This document shows, in pieces, positions 14,501 through 27,849 of a stretch of 64,000 bases of DNA; position 1 is the stretch's first letter, and each line of letters opens with the position of its first letter. Below the pieces are notes generated by a model, which ran no database searches, was not told the origin of the DNA, and saw only the letters and a program-made list of their open reading frames with translations. Made by a program: the position numbers and the translations under genes. This DNA comes from Nageia nagi (taxonomy: Eukaryota > Plantae > Pinophyta): assembly GCA_050084985.1 (NCBI GenBank), contig JBITNC010000002.1, positions 10,540,001 through 10,604,000 of the forward strand, read 5' to 3'.

Positions 14501-14821
14501 AATGTCTTTGTATATGATATTGGAAAAACACAAAAAATTAGGATTAACTATGAGTATTTTACTGATTTTTGGAAGAAATAAGGATACATTTCAGATGAAG
14601 CTATATTTGAGAAACACAAAATACAAGCAAGCAGAGAACTTAATCGCTTGCTTAAGTGACTTGTAGAGTTTTTGTTGTTTTATTTCATGTTTTACAAATT
14701 TTTGCTTTTTAAAAGTGACTTCTTTTCATTGATAAAAAAATGATGGTGATCCTTGAATTGCTTCTGTTACAGCTAGGAGTTGTTTTGATGTTTCAATCAT
14801 ATAGGTTTCTTTTCAAGGAAG

Positions 14822-15085
14822 ATGATACAGATGCTGGTGGGAACAACGATTTCTGGACGGATATGTGGGAAATATATTACACAAAATTGTATTTTTGACA
14901 GGAGGCACATTCTTGGAGGGTTATGCTCCATGGCATTGTATAAAAGAAGTTTTGATCCTAGTCAAGGCTCATTGTCTTTTTCAAGGCTCTACATGAGTTT
15001 CTGCAAGAGTGGAAAGAATATTAGACACCAGAAATCGAAATGCTGCTGCTGCAGGTTTATTAATTGCCAGGCATGTTTACAAAAG
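14822..15085 (+). CDS. Candidate first coding exon of RECG (transit-peptide-like, 88 codons)
   Basis: Acceptor ttctgttacAG at 14772, ATG at 14822, S/R/K-rich and acid-poor sequence, donor AAG|GTTATT (phase 0). In phase with exon 26444 but not with exon 25675. Confidence 0.4.
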
Positions 15086-15426
15086 GTTATTTTCTGGAAC
15101 ACTTATAAATTTTTTGATTGTATATAATTCCTCATTTATGTTGGAGTAAGTTATGTCTTCAATAGCACTGTTGTTCTAATTGTTGTCCGCCTGATCTCTA
15201 ATTCAGCAAGGTGGTTGTTGATAATTAATAATTATGTATCCACCATTATAGGAAATTAAGGTAGATACCATGACTAGTCTAACTTTCTTGTCTTTTGCAA
15301 TGTAGGAAGTGCATGGGTATATGGTAGTCATTTGTAAACAGCAAAAATTAGTACATGATAATCTTTAGTTGATGAATTATTTATAATTTCTGAACCATTC
15401 CCAGATCAACCAAATGCTCAATCTCT

Positions 15427-15650
15427 GTTGAGATAATATTTTTCTTGACACTCTACTCATTGTCCCACATAGGGTGATTTGGCATAAGGCCCTATTTATT
15501 ATATTCTAAAACCACCCCATAATATTGGCTAGGGGTCATACAATTAGGAGGGTGGTATTGCATCAACACTGCCCCTTAATGGTAGCCTTCATAGCTAGAT
15601 CCATTTGAAGGTAACATCGTTGATCCATTGATGTTGGTACACCACACACT
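15427..15650 (-). mobile_element. Short LTR-retrotransposon 3' fragment (LTR + PPT)
   Basis: tgttgag...atcaaca followed by ctgcccctt (PPT aaggggcag on the minus strand). Confidence 0.4.
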
Positions 15651-16094
15651 CGTATAAAAAAGTAACATCATTCCATCCTTGAATAAGTTAACAAAAGCTA
15701 GAAATCATTAGCCACGCCTTCAATCTGCATGTTTGTACCATGAAGATGAATTTGACAAGGCTGCATGGACTAGAACATATATACAAAAAATATTAGCAAA
15801 TGGATGACAAAAAGAGTTCTTGAAATTTGAGAAAGATTAATGATCCTTAAGCATCATCAGCAAAAAACCATAACATGAGTAAGGTCCTAGTAAAGGTATA
15901 TAAGGTATCTGTAGACACAAAAAAGAGAACAATGTATTAAAATATGTACAATTAATTATGTGCATAGAATGAAAATAGATTAATAGCTACATGTAGTACA
16001 TGATCTAGAAATTAGAATCATGCAATATTTACAAGAGGAGTTACAAAGAATACTTATTTGGAATTGGAGTATTAGAGGTAGGTTGATGGAGACC

Positions 16095-16490
16095 TTGTGA
16101 TCTTGGAGAACAAATGGATGGCAAATTTGCACTATATTGGGTTGCACTCAGTCCTCGGGACTACTACAAGATCAATTGAGCTTAGGGACCAAGTTGCCTG
16201 CATTTTGGGACACAAGGTCGAACATGCCCATGTTTTGGGCCTAGAAGACTCTTAAGGTGCAATGACCTTTATCCTATGTGTCTTGTGATCTTGGAGAACA
16301 AATTTCGGTGTTTTGGAGAGAATTGATGACGAATTTGTATTGTATTGGGTTGCACTCAATTCTTAGGACTAGTACAAGGTCAATTGAGCTTAGAGACCAA
16401 GTTGTCCACATTGTGGGACACAAGGTCGAAAATGCCCATGTTTTGGGCCTAGTAGACTCTTAAGTTGCAGTGACCTTTAGCTTATGTGTC
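16095..16490. repeat. Tandem duplication of ~190-200 bp
   Basis: 'ttgtgatcttggagaacaaat...ggacacaaggtcgaa...gcccatgttttgggcctag...gactcttaag' occurs twice. Confidence 0.9.
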
Positions 16491-19239
16491 TTGCGACGTT
16501 ACTTGGTTGTTGCATGTGCTATCCATCAACAATGAGACATTTCCTATTGGCATGGCACACATCACTAGAGATATGGTTTGAGAGTAGGAATGCTCTATGT
16601 GGGGATCAACTTTCTTGGGGCAGTTATACCATGGTCTTTTCCAAAAGGGCAAAAGAACATTATTCATGTCTTGTTGCTATAAATCTAGGTGTGGGAACAC
16701 ATTGTTGTCCTTTGTCCATGTGGTATTCCTTTCTTGGTTGATGAGATTCTATTGCCATTTTGGGTTTGATGGGATCCTTTTGACTGTAAAAAAGATGTTG
16801 AAAGTACAAAGCATCAAAGGTGCATGTTAGATGTATTGATAGAGGAGGATGTGATATGGAGGATGTACTTGGGTTTCGTTGGCTAGGGAGAGGACTTCCA
16901 TGAACTTAGTTGCATCCATAGGAGTTGCTAGCTATAGAGTTTGCATATTTTCATAGAGATATACTATTCATAGTGGGTTTTGAAGTAGTTTGGGCTGCCC
17001 TAAGATGTACCTAATGAGGCCCCATATATAGTCTTATATGCTAAAAAGTGGGATTTCCTTGAGGGGTTATTTATTTTCCTACTTTGTCTGTTGATTGGGA
17101 GGATCCTTAATGATTCTCCTTTAGATATAACGATACAATTGATATTAGGTGTATTGATTCCTATATTGATTGGCAGATGGTTGAGACGCCACAACCCATA
17201 TGATTCCATGAGAAGGATCATGTGGATATAGGAGGTCAAGAGTGTTATGCAAGACCTAGTTGTATTGTAGGTTTTGGTAGCGAGGATAGTGAGGATTATT
17301 TGGCAGCATTAAGCATGATACCTTTTTTCATGGTGCATGCAAGTATCTTGTGACAGGAGGGTGATCCATATAAGTACCTTAGAACATCCAAGGTGAGTTG
17401 ATAATAAATGGAAATGGAAGATAAAAAACTAAATGCTAACTTTATTATGTTGTTTTTGTAGTTAGTTTCGAGAAGTGGTGGCCTTTCATCTTAGAGACCA
17501 CCATGATAGTACTTGTAGGATAAGAGGACATGCAAAATTGGTTTGCAAAGCGAAACAAGCGATAAAGTGATGTATTTGCTTCTTTGATGGAGTTGCATGA
17601 GAGGAATACAAGATCTATGAGATGATCTAATAGAATCACATTGAAATAAAGCCTCAAAAGTATTCCTATTATATTCATGAGGAATACAAGATATACGAGA
17701 TGATCTAAAAGATGAACCTTTCAAATATTTATTTCCAAGGGAATTCGATGAATCCTTCAAATCATAAGATTTCAAAATTTTCTCCTTTAAGATTTGGTGA
17801 AAAAGGTTTACTATACTATATCTCACTTGTGGTTCTTTCATTGTTTTGTGACTATTAATTCCTTCTAGGCTATTGTTTTTCTTATTTTTCATCATTTGAC
17901 CTTCCCCTTGTTCTTTAGATCTTTTGCTATCATGAATGATGACCATTGATGTCTACAACGATGTAGCTTCATCCTCCACTTGAGTCCATGCTAGTTTCAT
18001 ACTTTTGAGCTTTATTTTTGAAAAAAATAAACATGTACAAGATTATATATTTTTATGTATGATGCATAAGCTTATTTGAAAGTGATAGTAGCATTAGCTT
18101 TGACTTTTGGAATGCATTGTATGAAGTAGTGGACTAAGGCTACTCATGAGCTCATAGTTGTGATCTAGGAAGGTGTTACATTTTGAACATCAAGTTTTGC
18201 TTCTAGTATTCCAATTAATTGGTTATTCTTTATTTTAAGCTCAACATTCTATATCATCAACTAGTGACTTTTTTGTTCTAAACTATCATTGCCGATATTT
18301 ATAAATGATAATATGCTCCTTGAATATTTACATTAGAGGTACTAGCATGGGTGCTTCTCAAGGTCAAATCAACAATTGTTTCAAGCTTTTTCTTAGTTGA
18401 AGTAATTTGATGAAGAATTAAGGTATCTCTATTCATTTGGACAATCATGGCTAGAGTTTGAAGAGCAACTTTATATATTTCATTCTTCAACGACTTTATT
18501 GCATAAACCAAATGTGCTTGGGGAAGTAGAGATTGCTTGTATATTTTGGGGTGTTACTCTTTTAACTTGCCCCTTTGACTCTTTAGAGGGTGTTGAATCC
18601 TCATTTGAACTTCCAACTTTATTTTTCTTATTCGTTGATCCCCTCGAATTGAGTAGTTGTACTAACTTATCGGGTAGGGCAACTTTTGGGAGGCATAACG
18701 TTTCAATTGTAGGTTTGTTTGAGCTTGTTTAAAGTGTGTTGGAAAGCTTATATCATGTAGAATAATGTGAAAGGATACTTAATGATGTTTGCTAAAGTTT
18801 GGACCTTGAAATTCACTTGGAAAGGCTCCAAAATTGTAAATAGATGAAGCTATTTAAAAATAGGAAGTGAACATCAAAACTATTTGAATGCAGTTTTAAT
18901 GAAGCCAAATTTTATGTGAGGATAAGATGTAGAAGGGTAAATCATTTAACGCTCATTTTGTAGCTCACAAAAAGAGAACCTCCATATTTCACTTTTGGTG
19001 ACCTATCACTTTCCACATTCCAAATTGAGTGAGCTTTTTACATCATACTAGTTTTCTATATAAGTAAATGTATTTCAAATGCAAAATAACAAAATGCAAT
19101 AGCATAACCACACACCACTTCTCAGAGAGGTATCCAAAATATTAGTTTGGCGACTTTGCCATTGGCTGTGAGAGGTATCCTTTTCTTGCTTTATGCTCAT
19201 AAGAGAGGATTGCATCACTTTGCACTACTAGGCTCAGAT

Positions 19240-20240
19240 GGTGTTGGTACTCTGAGGTTGATCTGATACTACAGTCGGTGGGCATTTTGATTGATCGACT
19301 CCCATCCTTCAGCCCCATGTTGGCTACCCCATGACCCTCGAGGGTGACGCTTCATCTATCTATCAGAGAGGATATCTATTGCTACTATATTCAGGTCACT
19401 TGGATCTCTGCCCCACATTCTCTCAGCCCCAAGCTGGCTTTCTACGTTGAGCATTTTTTGTAGCTCGCTGATGGCCTCATTGTCATGCCGACCTATCTGC
19501 AGCACCAATGGTCTTCTGGGTTGAGGGTTCCTCTCGGCCAGCTTCGAGTTTGCTTACACCAACTTCGTATCGAGATTGACCATCATATCCCTCGGATGCC
19601 TTTGTTCTCTACAGGGGATAAAGAACGAGGAGCACCTGATCTTCAAATGCCCCATCTACTAGGTGATCCGGGGACGATATTACTGCTTATTCAGAGAGTC
19701 TCGAGGCTTGGTATACACCTTCTTTTGCTACCCCAACCAGAGATGTCTAGCACTCTTCGTGCGTGAGATTACTCTTTTCAGATGAGCATTCTTACAGAGA
19801 TCCGCGAAGGCCCCCCAAACCACCAGGTTGATCAGTTCTTTCTTCCAGCCTACCTCGGGTCTCATAGATAGGAAATGCCCTCCAAATGGTTCTCTTTCGC
19901 ATACCCACGAGCTTAGGTCGACATGACGTCATCATGCCCCTCAGATCGCTACTAGACAGTGACAGCTTGGCTGACTGATGTACATCACTGGCTTTTTCTC
20001 CTCCATGGGTTTTCCTTCGATCTAAGATGTTGAGAGAGACTCACGAGCCTTGCTTAGCCCTTCTAGCCCATGGCCCTCTGTACCTAGAGTGATTGGATCT
20101 ACATTTGATGATTGAGGATGTTGCTCCTTTCTTGATGTACTGTAGTGTTGCTTTAGTGCTTCTTGCTTTTGCTTTAGGCTTTAATCTATCACATGACCTA
20201 GTTCCTCGACACCTTTTAAGATTCAAATGAATATTGATAT
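19240..20240 (+). mobile_element. 5'-truncated RTE/RTEX-like LINE, 3' portion
   Basis: YLQHQWSSGLRVPLGQLRVCLHQLRIEIDH matches the minus-strand copies at ~29500 and ~45750. Confidence 0.85.
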
Positions 20241-20249
20241 TCCCATTTT

Positions 20250-23030
20250 TGAAGGACTAGTAGAAAATTGGTTGGATCAATTGTGTTTGTATTTTTCTTT
20301 AAATTGTTTCATAGATGGTGAGAATCACCTTTGCCATCTTGAAATCATCTATACCTATTAGGCATTGGTTAGAAACATACAATATTCAAAATGAAGTTAG
20401 GTTCAAAGATGACCCCATAAGGGATGAACATGGAGGTTGTCAAAGATGAATACTACCTTGTGGGAACCTATGATGATTAGTACATGCAGTGGCAACAACT
20501 ATGTCAGGGTAAAGAATAGTTTGTTCAAGGGCATATTGATGCTTTTCATTCTTTGTCTACAAAACTTGGCATCTAGGACATTGAGACGCATCAAATCCTC
20601 AAATATTGTAGTTGGCTACATTGGTATATAAGGGAGGACATGGACCGTCTTGAGTTCAAGGTACTGGGTGAGAGATAAATTTGCAAGCAAGTTTGAACAA
20701 AAGCACGAAGATAGAAATAAGAAGGGAGGCAACCCAAATAACAATAAGAATCAAAATACTAAGAAATAACCCAAGGAAGGCAAAAGTTATATCCAAAAGC
20801 AACAAGACAAAAAGAGTCAACTATGAAATCAAAATTGGAAACATAAAAAGAGTCTCATGATAAGAAGCCCCAAAAGAGCAAGAGTGGAAAGTGGTGTGAC
20901 CAACATAAAAAGTTAACGATATTCCAAGAATGAATGCCGAGCAATTCAATCTTTGTTTGCTAAGACACAAGCCTTGACATCCATTGCATTGCCACTAACA
21001 CATCCATCAATTGAGGATAAAGGGAAGCAAATTGTGGATGCTGAACAAATGTAACCATTGCTACCACTCTTTTCTATTGCCTAAATCAAATTAGAGGAGC
21101 CACATGAGGAGAGCAGCAATTGTTTCACTCATAGATGTGGGTAAATGATAAGCCTTTAAATTTCATTATTGATAATGGAAGCCAAAAGAATATGATGTTT
21201 GCTCATATTGGGAAAGATCTATATCTGCATGTAAAGCCTCAACCACAACTATGTAGCATTGGGTGATTGAATTTAGGGAGAGAGTGAGAGGAATTTGTGT
21301 TACTCAACATTGTCTCCTCTCTTATGCCATTAAACCATTCAAAGATGAAATTTTGTGTGATATTGCCCCATTGGATGTTTATGATATGCTCTTGGGACAA
21401 TCGTTCATGTGTAAGAGACACATGTACGAGTCATGACCATGAAGGGTCAACATCATTCTTAGAGATCAACGGTGTAGAATACATATTAGGAGATAAAGTC
21501 AATATCGAAATCTCCAATGCTCTTTAGCTAAATGGTGCGACGTTTGACAATCCTCCTTCTTGTACCATATGATTGTATAACCCTACTATTCGTACAATCG
21601 TGCTGTACGACATGTAAGACATGTGATCCTCACAATTAATGAATGCAACAATAAATAAATGTGGTGGTTGATAAAACACATTTATTTAATATTTATCACT
21701 ATTTTTGGAATCTTCCTTTCTTTTTCTATAAAAAGGGAATGACCCCTTACATTTGTATATACTTTACTGTAATATTGTGAAAGTGTAAAAGTTCATTGTG
21801 ATTAATAAAAGATAGAAGCTTCCATTGCCTCTTGGTTTTACCTTCACATTGTAGGGTTTCGATGTGAATTCTTGTGTTATTGTTGTCTTTGTTTCTGCTT
21901 GCATGTTTCTAATTTTTAACAATACCAAAGATAACTCCTCCTACCTTTGTTTCCCTTATCAATGCAAGATGTTGATTGGAAAAGCAAGGCAATTCATTCT
22001 CTTGATGATCAAGCCACCAATTACAAAGAATATTGTTTTTACCATAGTAGGTACACACCCACTTCATTGCAAGGTAACACATTGCATTGAATTGATTCCT
22101 GGTTCTCCCTTGCCTAATTGTCTTAACTATTGCATATTAGTTTTAGAAAATGATGGAACATGGAGACTTTGCATTGACTATCAAGCTGTGAACAAGATCA
22201 TTGTGAAGAATCGTTATTCACTCCCTAGGATCGATGACATCTTGGATCAATTTCGTGGTGCAAAATTCTTCACCAAAATTGGTCTCAAGTTTGGCTATTA
22301 TTAAGTTCTTATTGAGCCCTTGATGTTTGGAAGTTTGCATTTAAATTCAAAGAGGGTTTGTTTGAGTTGCTGGTTGTGCCCTTTGGCTTGACGAATGCAC
22401 CTACAACTTTCATGAGGATGATAGATGATATTTTGTGACCCTTCATTGACTCGTTTGTGGTTGTCTATTGATATTACATTCTCATTTATAGTAGAACTTG
22501 GGATTAACACTTGCACCATGTTTGAGAAGTGCTTCAAACTCTTCAAAAGCACAAATTGTATGCCAATTTGGAGAAGTGCACATTTGGAATGAACCAATTT
22601 AGTACCTTGGGTATGTTGTTAATGAAGAAGGTGTCCATGTTGCTTAAGAAAAGATTCACATAATTCGAATTTGGCCTACCCTAAAGACTCTCACAAAGCT
22701 TCATAACTCTTTGGGTCTTGTCAATTTCTATCAAAGATTTGTGTTGGGCTTCTTACACATTGCATGGCTGTTGAATCAAGTGACCAAAGGAGGAGCCAAT
22801 GTCGGGTTGCAATGGGGAGATACATGATGTAGAACATTTGAGATGTTGAAGGAGCAATTGTGTTCACCACTTGTTCTTGCCTTTGTTTGATTGCAACAAC
22901 CTTTTGAGTTGATGATTGATGCATTTGAATATGCAATGGGGGTTGTTCTCACATAACATTGACACCTTGTTGCATATCACAATGAAACATTCAATGAAGC
23001 AGTTAAAAACTAACTCATGTATGGCAAGGA
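20250..23030 (+). mobile_element. Decayed Ty3/Gypsy gag-pol (gag, protease, RT, RNase H)
   Basis: LNFIIDNGSQKN (protease), DGTWRLCIDYQAVNKIIVKNRYSLPRIDDILDQ (RT), [33 protein letters not shown] (RNase H); many stops and frameshifts. Confidence 0.92.
21484..21921 (+). mobile_element. Solo LTR (438 bp) nested in Gypsy pol
   Basis: Ends tattagg...ttaaca; TSD ATACA/ATACC; TATA ctataaaaaggg at ~21726. Confidence 0.75.
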
Positions 23031-25685
23031 GCTCTATATCAATGCCCAAGTGTACATATACTTCAAATGTACAACTCAAATCATATGCGTACATGGGATG
23101 AAATCCTGCCCTACATCCAAAATGGGTGTAATCGAGCTTTGCCTAGCTCTATGAAGCACAACCCATATTGTATATGCTTTGGGTTTCAACCTTTGGTGCC
23201 CATTGATGTAGCACTTCTAGTACAAACCATGGAGTAAACACCACATGGATAGAAAGATGTAGAAAGACTAGCAAAGATTGTGGAATGAATAAAATATATT
23301 TAATGACAAGGTACAAACTAGGTTTTTGAAAAAATTATAAATAAAGAGCTATAACTAAAACCCCAGGGGTTTGGAAAAAAACGTACAAAGGAAAAGGGTT
23401 GAGTTCATAGATTTATAGACAAATTAAAGAAAAATGAACATTCTATTAAAATATATACAATTTATTATGTCTATGTAATTAAAAGATAAATGGTGATGCA
23501 ACATAGTATAGAACAGTTAGGATTATGCAAATTCACAAGAGGAGACAAGGAGAAGACTTATTTGAAGTTCATATATTGGAGGCAGGTTATAAACAACTTT
23601 TCTCCTTGGAGGACAAATTTTGACATTTTGAAGTGAATGAATGATGCACTTGCATTGTGTTTGGTTGGACTTGACTTTTGGAATTGGTTTGATGTCAATC
23701 TGTCTCAAATCCCTTGTGTGTTGGTATAGGGGCCCCAAAATGCTCACTTTGTGGGATGCAAGACTTTTGGCGCAAAATGACCTTTGGTTGATATATTGTG
23801 GCATGCAACATGATTTTAGAAATCGTCTTTGCTTTGTACTTGCAAATTCAATTGAAGGAAATACTCAAAAGAATATGATCAATCTTGTAGAAGATATTAG
23901 TGTTAGGTCTTTTTGGAGAGTAGAATTGTTTACAGACTTGGATGTGAAATGCCAAGATGCTAAATTGCTTAAACAAGTTATTTGCTTTTGCTTTATATGG
24001 ACTTCACCTAGATGTAATCACCTAGGCCGATGTGTAAATGAGATAATGCCTCAAGTTAATTCAGAATAGCTTATGTTGGCCCTAATTGCATTTTTGCATA
24101 AATCCAGTAAATCACTTGATTATAATCATTTTAGATAGTTAAAATACAATTTTAAATGTCTATGTACTCTACTTATGGTGTTTTCTACAACTTTGTTATT
24201 GCTTGTTTTGGTCACATAATGCTGATTTTTATGCCCTAAATTTCCTTGCCTTTCGTAAGAGCACAAATTTATGAATTTTAAGTGTATCTTGTGTTCTAGC
24301 TCGTTATATTCAATTTTTGATCTTCCTTTTGGATTCTTTTTGGTTTCCATGGGTTGATTTGTCTTTTAAACACCCGGTTTGAGTAGAAAAATGACAAAAT
24401 GGGAAGCTTCAGGAACCTTGTGAATAGAACTGCAGCATAATAGAAGCATGTGCTGCAGGTTCTCTTTAAAGTGGTAGTATCTCAGTTACAGGTATTGTGG
24501 CTTTATTTTATGCATGATTTTTGTTCCCTTCTTGAGGAGGTGCATGAATTTGATAAGTTTGTAGCCATTTGAGTAATGTACACTCTTAATTTCCTCACAT
24601 TCTGATTTCCTATGAGAATAATTGTAAAAATATGGAATGTCCGAGGTTATGGCTACACCATTGGTTGCTGTTGTTACATGTCTAATCCTTGGTGTTTCTC
24701 AGTCCAATCCTTCCAAACTTGAGCAGGATGATCCTTGACCATATTGTACATCCCTCAAAGATGTGATTTGCATCTCTAAAAGATGTTAGGTGATTGACTT
24801 TTTTCACAACAGTGACTGCCTTTTTTCTCGCAAATCACTTTTGCATGCTTAGAATGATTTACAACTCCTAAATTTGCTCCTTGTTATTCACTTGATCCTT
24901 ACATGATTGATGCCATATTAATAGGATAAGATGGCATTATTATTGAAAAATGTAGGACGTTCCTATCTTTTTTTTAATTGTTTTGAAATGAATATCTCTA
25001 TTCAATTGTGTTTTACATGTATATGTGTAAAAGTGCTTCGTGTAAACTGGGAAGTAAAAGGATCACCATATTGTTGACTTACTTCATTGAACCTCTCTGT
25101 CATGTGAGGTGCAAAAGGCCCATTAGGCTTGTTAGTTGCCATTGTGGCTGTGATAGATTAAGGTAAGTTAGGTGACATCTCTGCCTGAAACTTCATATTC
25201 TCATACCTGCAAGAGTATCGGCTAATTTGTACTGCTTGTAGTGTAGAGTACAAGAGAGAACACACATTATCAATTTTCTTTTCAGGTCTGAAGCATTATT
25301 AGCTAGAGATTTGGAGAGGAGAATTGTGCATCCTCCTAAGATTGTTAACCAATGCCTTGTAGCCTAAGTCATTCCCTTGGGACATGAACAATTTTTGTTT
25401 CTCTTGTTTTTCTAGAGGATGGCTATATCAATGTCATCTGTGGATTTATTGCTTGTGGTGCATATTTTATTGAGTCCTTCATGTGATTGAAACTGGAAAA
25501 GCAAATCTGCATTGTTTCTTTCATTTTTCTTTGCTATATTGGCACTTTAGAATGGTTTGACTTAGAGATGATGCAGCATAGGTGGCTATAGATGTTCATG
25601 GTATACATTAGTTATGTAACAATAAATATTTGATAAGTTTATCATTTCCATTATGTTTTTTTTTATGCTACCAGAAGCTCTTCCA

Positions 25686-25766
25686 ATGAGTTATCAAACA
25701 AGTGACCTTACAGTGCTGACTGAAACTGCTACAGCTGCAATGCCAAATACTGAATGGAATGCTATG
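25686..25766 (+). CDS. RECG: RECG N-terminal exon (exon 25675-25766; first in-frame ATG at 25686)
   Basis: Strong acceptor (T-tract...ccAG 25674) and donor ATG|GTAAGT; phase 0 into exon 26444, matching the recalled angiosperm ...SM|CFS junction. Confidence 0.65.
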
Positions 25767-26443
25767 GTAAGTGTTTACTTATAAAGTAAAAGCTTTTGTT
25801 GTCAACACTTTGATTATCTCTTGAATTCATAAGCAATGCTGTTTTATGTCCATCTTTTGTGAACATAATATAATTCAAATGATAAATCGGTTAGTATTAT
25901 AAAATTTCTAGCTTAGTTGACTGGTATATGAAACTGGAGTCTATGAAGTTGCATGTAAAATTGGTACACGTCCAATGAATAAAAATATTGTTAAATTGAT
26001 ATCATTACTTTGGGTGGCCATGGACTTTGACCGATGACCACAGTTTGATTGATGACATGGTACAGTTGACCGTGCAAAAGAATGTTGTACAATTCAATGT
26101 CAAAATTCATAACTTTGATTTTTGATCTCTATAGACTCACTAGTGTTTTCTTTCCTATTCTAGATTCTTCCTCTGATATAAATTACATTTTAATCTGTAC
26201 TAGAATGCAAATATTGATATTTACTGTGACTACAGAAATAGGAGCAACTGATATAATACAGAAGTTTCAAACTTCTGATATGATTAACTCCAAACTGACT
26301 TTGGGGCTCAGTGTGTTTTCAGATACAATTTTTGTCAGGAGACAACTTTTTTAAAAGTTCAGATACAATTTCATATTTATATATAAAACTCTTTCCATTA
26401 ACTCAAATCTGCTTTTGTTTTTTTTTTTAACTTTTTTTTGTAG

Positions 26444-26526
26444 TTTTCAAGGGATAATGAGTTGGTAAGTGCAATATATTACGAGGCAGAAGGGGGTTTT
26501 GGAGATGCTCAAGGAAGAACAATGAG
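26444..26526 (+). CDS. RECG: RECG exon (FSRDNELVSAIYYEAEGGFGDAQGRTMR)
   Basis: T-tract acceptor, donor AG|GTGAGT; resembles the plant RECG N-terminal SAIxxEAExG motif. Confidence 0.85.
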
Positions 26527-26701
26527 GTGAGTAGACTATGTTTGACAGTTTGGTTTCTATTTAGATTATGTAGTACATCAAGGTCTATGGATTTCCATAT
26601 AATCTTTCAAATTTTCTCAGAATCTTTGTTGCCTCAAGTATCTAACATATTGGCTTTTTGCAACGTGTCTTAGTTAGACATATAACATTCATAATTTTCA
26701 G

Positions 26702-26837
26702 GTTCAGTGACTTCCTGTCTTCAAGGATTTTAGCATTGTGTTCTCCTTTTGTTAATAAATCTGCTCGAATTTTATCATCAGAAGTTAAGAAATATGCTCG
26801 TGCAAGCATACAATGTCGTTTTGAGCTTCTGAACAAG
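26702..26837 (+). CDS. RECG: RECG exon (FSDFLSSRIL...RFELLNK), followed by a GC-AG intron
   Basis: Phase-2 entry fits the previous exon; AAG|GCATGT is the donor that keeps frame into 27172. Confidence 0.85.
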
Positions 26838-27171
26838 GCATGTACAGAGTTTCTGTTTCTAAATTCTGATTATTTACTACTAGGGCATCTTTTTTGTACT
26901 TTTATGCTGATGCAAGTACTTATCCTAGTTCCTTTTTTTATTTGTTTTGCTAACATGGCATTTTGTTAGGCTCCTTGTAGAGGAGAATTGATTGATTCAA
27001 TTGCTGAACATAGAATTTAGTCAAGTTGTATTTTTTAATTTTAAAACCTTGGTGTGTTAGATAAAGATAGTAGCTTGACAATGAAAGAGCCTAACTCAAA
27101 TTTTATATTGGGGTTATTTTGTGTCAATGAGATGCTTGTCAATGATGTGTTTTTTATTTACATGTATTCAG

Positions 27172-27849
27172 ATATCACTTCTTATGGGATATAAGAATAT
27201 AAATGCAATGATTGCTCATGAGAGAGCTTTAAGGGAGTCTACCTGTGGTCTCCAACACCTGAATGAAGATAGAGTAGGTTCTTCAATTAGTTTTCAAGAT
27301 GCTTTTTTGGACTGTGATGATCATGAAGGAAAGACTGTATCTTCCGTAGATGCTGCTGCTGTCTACCATGAGAAATTCCCATGTATTCTTGTGGGAAGTA
27401 GTCCACATGTGAATCTATATAGTTGCACTGAAGAGGATTCAGAGAAGTTGTATTATCAAAGCATTGAAAATGACAGGGGATATTCTGTTGAGCGGATGGG
27501 GTATGCCACTTTTGAGGTAGGTAGTTTTCCAAAAACGCATAGTCTAGGAGAAGATGATTGCAATCGGATTTCTGTCAATTTTGAAGCTGATTCCAAACTG
27601 GTGCAATGCAAAATTCAGCTTGATAAAGAGAACTTGCATTTATCGAATGAGGATACATTGGGAACTTCAGGAAAGACAGGTTCAAAAGGTCACATCATAG
27701 CTGCTACAAAGGTGTCATTGAGGAACACTACTAGAAACACAGAAAAAAGAACCACTGATTCTGATTGGTTCCTTGATGCTCCTATTGGTGCCATATGTGA
27801 TTTAACAGCAACTCAACGTCGTAGACTGGATGAAAACGGCTTCCACACG
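27172..27849 (+). CDS. RECG: RECG large exon (ISLLMGY...FPCILVGSSPHVNLY...LDENGFHT)
   Basis: 226 open codons; FPxIxxGxSxxVxLY and LDxxGFHT are plant RECG motifs; donor ACG|GTAATA. Confidence 0.92.

Larger units (their letters stand above)
15910..24164 (-). mobile_element. Ancient Tat/Ogre-like Ty3/Gypsy element (partial LTR at 15910, decayed RT/protease/gag at 16500-18740, LTR at 23414-24164) hosting nested insertions
   Basis: Both ends match the TGTAGAC...GTCTACA LTR family also seen at 43747 and 50429; minus-strand KKVDPHIEHS (RT start) and LPINIGINTPNINCIVISKGES (protease region). Pairing of the two ends is inferred; TSD unresolved. Confidence 0.55.

Noticed and set aside
24459-25370. Extra small RECG exons (near 24459, 25109-25162 and 25287)
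   Set aside because: Splice-like signals exist, but none fixes the phase between 15085 and 25675 and none has recognisable homology.
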